Source of the DNA: Verrucomicrobiota bacterium
Lineage (GTDB): Bacteria > Verrucomicrobiota > Lentisphaeria > Victivallales > UBA1829
NCBI GenBank assembly: GCA_022703965.1
Contig: JAKJHH010000001.1
Coordinates: 1 to 41,325 of the forward strand
Direction of reading: 5' to 3'
Length of the DNA: 41,325 nt
Of this stretch, positions 35,585 to 41,325 are shown piece by piece. The first letter of the stretch is position 1. Every line of letters starts with the position of its first letter. A program made the position numbers and the translations under genes. The notes under the pieces were generated by a model. The model had not been told where the DNA came from. It did no database searches and saw nothing but the letters and a program-made list of their open reading frames with translations.

Positions 35585-36565
35585 TCAATTACGCTCAGAT
35601 ACACTGTCGCGCACAATCAGCTTATAAGGGAGCACTGTAGTTTCAGGGAAGTCTCTGCCATCCAGACGTGCATCAATGATCTCCGCTGTGCTACTGACGA
35701 GTGCGCTGTAGTCCTGCGATATGCTTGTCTGAGCAGGAACACAGTAGCGCGTAACCATTGCGCGTTCAGAACTTATGATGGATATATCTTCGGGGATGCG
35801 TTTGCCGTAAAGAGAAAGAGAATATGCCGTAATGATTCCTGCGTTGCCGCCCGGACAGAATATCGCGTCGACGCCTTTCCGCAAAAGTTTTCCGGCTTCT
35901 TCGAGGTTGTTTTCAGGGCCCGCGAAGCGAACCAGCGATTTATCACAGGGCAGCTTGTGTCTGGCCAGAGATTCCAGAATACATTTTTCTCTTACTGATG
36001 CGTTGCCAAGTCCTATTGTGCCTATGAGCGCTCCGATTTTCTGATGTCCCTTTTCGACAAGATGGCTGATTGCCAGTTCCATCCCCTGGGCCTCATCGGA
36101 ATGAACAGAAAATACGCCTTTGTAACTTTTTTCAAGTATGCGGTCGAGCACAATGAGCGGCGCATCGAAGCGGGAATCCCAGTCTTCGGCGATTTTATCC
36201 GTCATTCCCGCAAAAATCACGGCGCAGAATTGAATCCCATCCAGACGTTCAAGATTGTCCTGAGGCAGAATTTCGGTGCGGTAATCGCGTGCTGAAAGTT
36301 CTCTGGACAGCTCCGAACTCAGCATTTCAGTATAACTCTGAACGGGATATTCCAGTTTGGAGGGCGTGACTATAACAACATTGCGCCGTTTGTTGGACAG
36401 CCTCGGATGAAAGCCATATTTCCGTGCTATTTTAAGCACGCGCTCCCTGATTTCCGGCCTGATGTTAGGATGATTGCTGAACACTCGTGAGATTGTCGCC
36501 GTCGACACCCCGGCTTCCTTCGCGATATCCTGTATTCTCATAGTCCCGTTCCTGTTTTGATTCAT
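35585..36565 (-). CDS. LacI/GalR-family transcriptional regulator (intact)
   Basis: 326-aa ORF. The HTH reads IQDIAKEAGVSTATISRVFSN and is followed by a full PBP-type effector domain. Confidence 0.9.
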   Translation of the reverse strand: MNQNRNGTMRIQDIAKEAGVSTATISRVFSNHPNIRPEIRERVLKIARKYGFHPRLSNKRRNVVIVTPSKLEYPVQSYTEMLSSELSRELSARDYRTEILPQDNLERLDGIQFCAVIFAGMTDKIAEDWDSRFDAPLIVLDRILEKSYKGVFSVHSDEAQGMELAISHLVEKGHQKIGALIGTIGLGNASVREKCILESLARHKLPCDKSLVRFAGPENNLEEAGKLLRKGVDAIFCPGGNAGIITAYSLSLYGKRIPEDISIISSERAMVTRYCVPAQTSISQDYSALVSSTAEIIDARLDGRDFPETTVLPYKLIVRDSVSERN

Positions 36566-36616
36566 TTACAATACAATACTGCATTAAAATGAAAATCAAT
36601 CCACTGGAATGGGAAT

Positions 36617-37321
36617 TTAATTTTTTATCAGGCTGAAGATTGTATCCGCTATAAGTTTCTGCCGTTCGGTATCGGGGTGATTTAGACCGTTTATCAGAAA
36701 TTCGTTTGTATCAAAACCCTGTTTTTCCAAGTTTTCCCATTCGTTATAGACATCTGCTACGGGAACGTTCAGGTCATCGGCTGTTTTGCGCAGTCTTTGA
36801 ACGTAGGCTTTCAGGATTCCATTGTTCTGACAATTCAATATGGTCTGAACGTGACGGCGATGTTCGGGCGCAATCTTTGCAGTTTCGCGCGAGGCCATGA
36901 AGTTGGGCGTGAGAATTATGATCTCGGCATTCGTTTTTGAGCGTGTCTCATTGATGATTTTACGTATGTTCTGCTCATATTCATCAAGTTTTTCGAGACC
37001 GCCGCAAGAATCATTGAGACAGAAGCCAAGAATAAGCAGATCAGGGAAATATCTGATTACATCGCGCTCCAGTCGGAATAAACTTGAGCCTGCGGAAGAT
37101 CCTCCGACTCCGGCGTTTATAACACTGAATACAGTCTGGGGATATTCATGCTCAAGTTTCTGTTTTAGAATATTGTGATAGACTCCGGAATAATCAGCAA
37201 CGTTGTATTCCATGCAGCCCTGAGTCACGCTGTCGCCGAAAGCTACGATTACTATCGAGCCTTCGGCGGGATTGCTTGCATTGGCTTTTATTCTCGACAG
37301 AAATCTTTCCAGCATAAACAT
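36617..37321 (-). CDS. SGNH/GDSL hydrolase (putative carbohydrate esterase)
   Basis: 234-aa ORF. SGNH blocks are VAFGDSVTQG (I), NAGVGGSS (II) and GFCLNDS (III). Its start ATG shares 1 nt with the upstream stop (TAATG at 37319-37323). Confidence 0.8.
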   Translation of the reverse strand: MFMLERFLSRIKANASNPAEGSIVIVAFGDSVTQGCMEYNVADYSGVYHNILKQKLEHEYPQTVFSVINAGVGGSSAGSSLFRLERDVIRYFPDLLILGFCLNDSCGGLEKLDEYEQNIRKIINETRSKTNAEIIILTPNFMASRETAKIAPEHRRHVQTILNCQNNGILKAYVQRLRKTADDLNVPVADVYNEWENLEKQGFDTNEFLINGLNHPDTERQKLIADTIFSLIKN

Positions 37322-38292
37322 TATCTCCTGAAAATAAGCTTTCTGAGCAAGGCGCTTGTTTCGACAGGAGAAGCATTCTCTACGGCTTCTTTGATTTCCT
37401 TGCGGTTTGCATCTACAAGATCACTAGCGGCCTGCATCCATTTGATGGATTCGTTTATGGCTTTTGCCGCGTCCTCGCGGTAAGGATATTGATCCATTGA
37501 AATCCAGCCGTCATAATTGCATTCGCCAAGCCAGTAGAAAAGCTCAAGATAATCAATTGTGTGGATTGATCCTGCGATCATGTCGTCGTCCCAACTCTTG
37601 TAATTGTCGTTAAAATGCATGTGATAGAGACGGTTTCCGCAGCTTTTGGCGAGAGCGACGGCTTCAGCCGCGTTTTCACCCGCGAGGAAGGCGTGTCCGG
37701 TGTCAATTGTCACGCCGATGTTTTCCGCGCCTGTAACCTGACAGAGCAGAAGACATTCAGCCATGCGCGGCAGATAGGAATGAGCTCTCGGCTCCTTCGC
37801 CTTGTATTCCAGAGATATTTTCAGAGTCGGAAATTCGGATGCGAGCTTTGCCATTCCGTCCGCAAAATACTTCCATGAGTCGAGAAAAGTTCCCTGAAAA
37901 GGATAGTCATAGCCATCCTGAGCCGGCCAGAAGTTGAGGAGTCTGCAATCCATTTCCATGCAGAGTTCGCATGAAGAGCGCAGATGATCCAGCGATTTTT
38001 TACGCACGGCGGCATCCCGGCTGCTGAGGCTCCCGAAACGCCAGAAGCTTTCTGAAAAGAGGTCAGGAATTATTGATGCGCACTCTAGTCCGCTGTCGTT
38101 GAAGAGCTTCCTCATTTCCTTTGCGCTTTCGCGGCTGACATCCCATGTCTCGACGAGTTCCATGCCTTTTACGCCCTCGATAGCCGCAGCTTTTTTGAAC
38201 ATGTCCATAACTGCTATGCTGTCTTTGTATGAGCCGCAGAAGCGATCCTTTGTATTGCCGAGGTTGCCGAGAATTACAGATATTTTATTCAC
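37321..38292 (-). CDS. xylose isomerase-like TIM-barrel protein (sugar phosphate isomerase/epimerase family)
   Basis: 323-aa ORF with a GTG start. It has TIDTGHAF and YHMHFNDN motifs typical of this fold. Confidence 0.8.
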   Translation of the reverse strand: MNKISVILGNLGNTKDRFCGSYKDSIAVMDMFKKAAAIEGVKGMELVETWDVSRESAKEMRKLFNDSGLECASIIPDLFSESFWRFGSLSSRDAAVRKKSLDHLRSSCELCMEMDCRLLNFWPAQDGYDYPFQGTFLDSWKYFADGMAKLASEFPTLKISLEYKAKEPRAHSYLPRMAECLLLCQVTGAENIGVTIDTGHAFLAGENAAEAVALAKSCGNRLYHMHFNDNYKSWDDDMIAGSIHTIDYLELFYWLGECNYDGWISMDQYPYREDAAKAINESIKWMQAASDLVDANRKEIKEAVENASPVETSALLRKLIFRR

Positions 38293-38306
38293 GTGTGTTT
38301 ATCCTT

Positions 38307-40595
38307 TCAAATTTCAAAATTATGAGTGCCGTTTTCAAAGGTTCCTGCTTCAGTTTCAGCTTTGAGGTCTGAGGGGATGCTGAGTTCGATTTTCAGTTTC
38401 TTTCCGCTTTTTTCTATGCGGATTTTTATATTGCCGGATGGAGTCGGCACTCTTCCTTCAGCAAAATCGAGATCAAAAAGCAGAGGCTTTACGCTGAAGC
38501 TTTTGAAACCCGGCTCAAGAGGCTTGATTCCCAGAATGACTGTCTGCATGAAGTCCAGAGGCGATGTTGCGAAGCCGTGGCAAAGACTGCCATCCTCGTG
38601 ATATGCCGCCTTTCCTTTGGCATGAATTCCGGCTTCCCAGTATGTCGGAGTTCCGGTCTTTATCATGTCGCCCCAGTATTTGCGGATGCGCGTTAAAGCG
38701 TCCTCCGCCTGTCCAGTCAGCTCCAGCGCATGGAAGACGAAGAAATGGAAATAGAATTCTGGGAGCAGCAACTCGTGATTGACTATTGCTTGTTTTGCCT
38801 TTTCTTTGAGCTCAGGAGTGCAGGCATCGGCGAGCAGTGCTAAAGCATGAGTCAAATGGCTGAAGCGGCCTCCTGTCGTCTTGAGATCAAGAGCATCTGA
38901 AATGAACCCCTTTTCCTTTTTGTAGAAGCGCGAGGCTATCTTTTCAGGCAGACTCTTAATGCGTTTTTCAATCCAGTCTTTTTCGAGCCTGTATCCTGTT
39001 TTTCCGGCAAGATTCAGTATATTCTTAAGCGCCATAAGATAGAAATAATTCAGAATAGAAGTTTCTTTGCCTCTGAAGGAGAATCCGTTGAGTTCATAAG
39101 ACCAGTCAATGAAATTCCAGTATTTTTCAGGCGGATTCAGGAGTCCGTCACTGTCTTCCGATTCAGAAAAAGTTTTCAGTGCCTTTTCAAGCACAGGAAT
39201 CATTTCCTTAACAAGCTCGCTATCAGCGGTATAAAGATAATAGTCGACAAGCATTTCGGATATGTAGAGATTAGGGGCAAGAAGAATCAGATCTTCCCTT
39301 GATCGCGGACATGGACATACTCCGGGAATCAGTCCGTTGGCGAAGACATCAGCCGCGACCATTCTGAAGGCTCTGGCATTGATTCTCTTGTCGCCGAAAG
39401 CCTGAAGTCCTGTCCGGTTTTCGACAATCAAATCGTTGACCCAGAAAGAGCGTTCGCGCCAGGGGCAATCAGTGTAAACGTCACTCATGCAGGCGGAGAG
39501 AGTTTCCACTCCTGCTTTCCATATCTGATTGAGTAGCATGTCGCTGGAATTAAACTGCGCGGCTTCGGTGACAGGATATCTTCTGTCGATTGCTCTGACT
39601 CCGTGAATCGTAGCTTTTCCCTTAAGATTTCGTATAACTATCTGCACCATCCTGAAGCCGCGATCATGAATGCTATTGCCGACTTTTAAACGTGAGCCGT
39701 CGAGAATGTAGCGATCTGTAAACGTGTAAGAGTCCTGAGAATGATTAGTCTTGATGCGTCCATTCCAGAGCTCCTCATCGTGGCCAATGTCGATGACCGT
39801 TCCTTCGGGGGCACTGATATCAAGTTCGAAGCGTCCCATTATCTCCCGCGAAAAATCGAAGACCAGAGCAATTCCCTTCTTGTCGGGCAGAGGCTCCAGC
39901 TCAAAAGCTTGGCCTCCGGGCAGAATCAGTTCTTTGATATTCAGATTAAGCGGCTCATGTTTCTCGTCGGTAAAAACTGTATGTATGTCCTTGTTTTCAA
40001 GGTCTTTCAGAGTCTCTGTCGCAGCCTGAACCGGAATCTCTGCCGGATAGTATGCCGTTTCCTTGAGCATAGGCACATCACGTGGAAGAAGCTTCTTGAC
40101 CGCCACTTTGCTTTCAGGAGAAATGACTCTTGCTTTTGTCCATGCACCCGAACTTTTGCGGAAGTCTTTCCACTCCATAAAGCCTACCTGAACGCTGTAG
40201 GTATTTACGTCCTTTCGCCATTCATTGCAGATCCGGACATCCCATTCGCTGTCAGTTCCGAAATACCCCTCAAGTTCGGCGATGACTGCGGGTTCAGCGG
40301 GAGCGGCAATAAAGGTATCATAATTCATACACTGACAGAGGATTGATATTTCATTTTCACCGGGATGCAGGTATTTTGCGATCTCATAACTGTCATAGTA
40401 GTTGCTGCTGTGAGTTCCGCGAGCGGGGCCGTGTCCGAGCTCCTGTCCGTTAACGCTCAGAATATAATAGCTTTCTGCTGAGATCAGGAACTTTACGGAT
40501 TTCTCTGCCTGCTTAACTTTGAATCTTCTGCGAACTTGAAAATAACAATTTTTTTCATTTTCGACTCCTGATGGAGCTATCCAGTATGCATTCAT
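38307..40595 (-). CDS. GH78-like alpha-L-rhamnosidase-family six-hairpin glycosidase
   Basis: The N-terminal rhamnosidase-type domain reads YYILSVNGQELGHGPARG...HPGENEISI. The catalytic-domain motif is YTDCPWRERSFWVNDL. I prefer the start at M13 (40595), which has the SD AAGGA 7 nt upstream; the ORF track starts it at 40631. A minus-strand TATAAT lies at 40648-40643. Confidence 0.75.
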   Translation of the reverse strand: MNAYWIAPSGVENEKNCYFQVRRRFKVKQAEKSVKFLISAESYYILSVNGQELGHGPARGTHSSNYYDSYEIAKYLHPGENEISILCQCMNYDTFIAAPAEPAVIAELEGYFGTDSEWDVRICNEWRKDVNTYSVQVGFMEWKDFRKSSGAWTKARVISPESKVAVKKLLPRDVPMLKETAYYPAEIPVQAATETLKDLENKDIHTVFTDEKHEPLNLNIKELILPGGQAFELEPLPDKKGIALVFDFSREIMGRFELDISAPEGTVIDIGHDEELWNGRIKTNHSQDSYTFTDRYILDGSRLKVGNSIHDRGFRMVQIVIRNLKGKATIHGVRAIDRRYPVTEAAQFNSSDMLLNQIWKAGVETLSACMSDVYTDCPWRERSFWVNDLIVENRTGLQAFGDKRINARAFRMVAADVFANGLIPGVCPCPRSREDLILLAPNLYISEMLVDYYLYTADSELVKEMIPVLEKALKTFSESEDSDGLLNPPEKYWNFIDWSYELNGFSFRGKETSILNYFYLMALKNILNLAGKTGYRLEKDWIEKRIKSLPEKIASRFYKKEKGFISDALDLKTTGGRFSHLTHALALLADACTPELKEKAKQAIVNHELLLPEFYFHFFVFHALELTGQAEDALTRIRKYWGDMIKTGTPTYWEAGIHAKGKAAYHEDGSLCHGFATSPLDFMQTVILGIKPLEPGFKSFSVKPLLFDLDFAEGRVPTPSGNIKIRIEKSGKKLKIELSIPSDLKAETEAGTFENGTHNFEI

Positions 40596-40682
40596 GCTTG
40601 ATTCCTTGATTTTTCTGATGTATGATGTCATGTTACGTATATATTATATTCTTTATTTATAGCTTAAAGAATGGTATAAAGC

Positions 40683-41325
40683 ATGAAAAGCATGACATCA
40701 AGCATAAATTCCTGCGATTGTGTCAAGGCAATCGACAAAGTTCTGACCCGTTTTTCCACCGGAGCCTCATTCAGAATCAACGAGCTCTGGGATCTGACAG
40801 TGCCTGTTCCATGGAAGAGAACAGAGGAGAATACAGCGCCTGTAAATGATATTCGTCTGCACATTGTCAGAGGCGGCAGGGGACGTTATATGGTAAACGG
40901 AGAGTGGTTCCCCATGTCAAAGGGACTCATCATGTTTTTCCATCCGCCGCTTTATTTCGGACACGAGGCCGATCCTGATGATCCGCCTTCACTCATCTCA
41001 TGCCACTTTGATCTGATTGCCAATGAATCAGGAGACTTGTTGAGAAAAGAAACGGACGGATTTTTCTGGACATCTCAGCTTTCCATCGAGGAATATGAAA
41101 AAGTACTGCCCTTTTTTGACAAGGTGTCCGAATTGCATCAGGAAAAATCGGGACGAAAATTTCAGGACGCGCTCTCTTCTTCGGCGTTGCATCAGCTTCT
41201 TGGAATCATTCAGAAACTATGTCTGTCCATGTATTCGGATGCATTTGATCCGCGGATCGAAGCTGCTCGTCTGCATATGGATAAAAATCCCATGGATTCA
41301 AGATCGCTTTCCGCGCTTGCGGCGG
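40683..41325 (+). CDS. AraC-family regulator, 5' partial (runs off the right edge of the window)
   Basis: My own translation from the ATG at 40683 has no stop to the window end: MKSMTSSINSCDCVKAIDKVL...IRLHIVRGGRGRYMVNGEWFPMSKGLIMFFHPP...IEAARLHMDKNPMDSRSLSALAA. It shows a cupin-like N-domain followed by the beginning of an AraC HTH. An in-frame TAA lies at 40677-40679. Confidence 0.7.
   Translation, partial: MKSMTSSINSCDCVKAIDKVLTRFSTGASFRINELWDLTVPVPWKRTEENTAPVNDIRLHIVRGGRGRYMVNGEWFPMSKGLIMFFHPPLYFGHEADPDDPPSLISCHFDLIANESGDLLRKETDGFFWTSQLSIEEYEKVLPFFDKVSELHQEKSGRKFQDALSSSALHQLLGIIQKLCLSMYSDAFDPRIEAARLHMDKNPMDSRSLSALAA

Noticed and set aside
9503-40346. Many 60-230-aa ORFs nested antisense or out of frame inside long genes (for example 10209-10637, 12303-12740, 12712-13215, 14685-15131, 16078-16581, 18361-18966, 24637-25155, 26916-27410, 30298-30816, 33725-34420, 39741-40346)
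   Set aside because: Each is fully contained within a longer ORF that has clear family motifs. None has family motifs of its own. They are typical shadow ORFs.
1-41325. CRISPR arrays, tRNA/rRNA genes, prophage or defence-system genes, and microcompartment shell genes near the GRE
   Set aside because: I saw no regularly spaced direct repeats. The only non-coding gap long enough to host an RNA gene is 387-1047. No ORF carries nuclease, helicase, ATPase or BMC-domain signatures. This was visual inspection only, so short or degenerate elements could have been missed.

Overview
The window is almost fully coding, with about 34 genes, and reads as an accessory glycan-utilisation island. The host is probably an anaerobic PVC-type bacterium (Lentisphaerota/Kiritimatiellota-like). 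That is an inference from a DUF1559-style pseudopilin and the presence of a glycyl radical enzyme.

Layout, left to right:
- 1-386: a truncated ISL3 transposase.
- 387-1047: the only sizeable non-coding gap. It holds a 101-nt three-hairpin element (663-763).
- 1048-3761: an SGNH esterase and a clan GH-D glycosidase, translationally coupled.
- 3920-4896: a frameshifted LacI regulator.
- 4923-8962: an AraC regulator transcribed divergently from a compact glycyl radical enzyme (GRE) and its activase.
- 8982-16647, minus strand: a GntR/PBP regulator, a BNR protein, a pseudopilin and a ~1300-aa secreted protein. This unit sits behind a consensus promoter with three TGTTCTAGA repeats.
- 16705-25548: a PocR-AraC regulator transcribed divergently from a six-gene operon (isomerase, kinase, mutarotase-like protein, GH36, class II aldolase, aldo/keto reductase).
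- 25539-35402: a ten-gene minus-strand operon with eight oxidoreductases, two lactonase-type hydrolases and one MFS transporter, downstream of a LacI gene.
- 36617-40595: a GH78-like glycosidase, a TIM-barrel protein and an SGNH esterase.
- 40683 to the window end: a partial AraC gene.

I saw no rRNA, tRNA, CRISPR array or defence genes. The best candidates for undescribed biology are the short orphan GRE/activase pair, the dehydratase-less redox operon, and the fucose-logic operon built from non-orthologous enzymes. All family calls come from motif recognition by eye; no database search was run.
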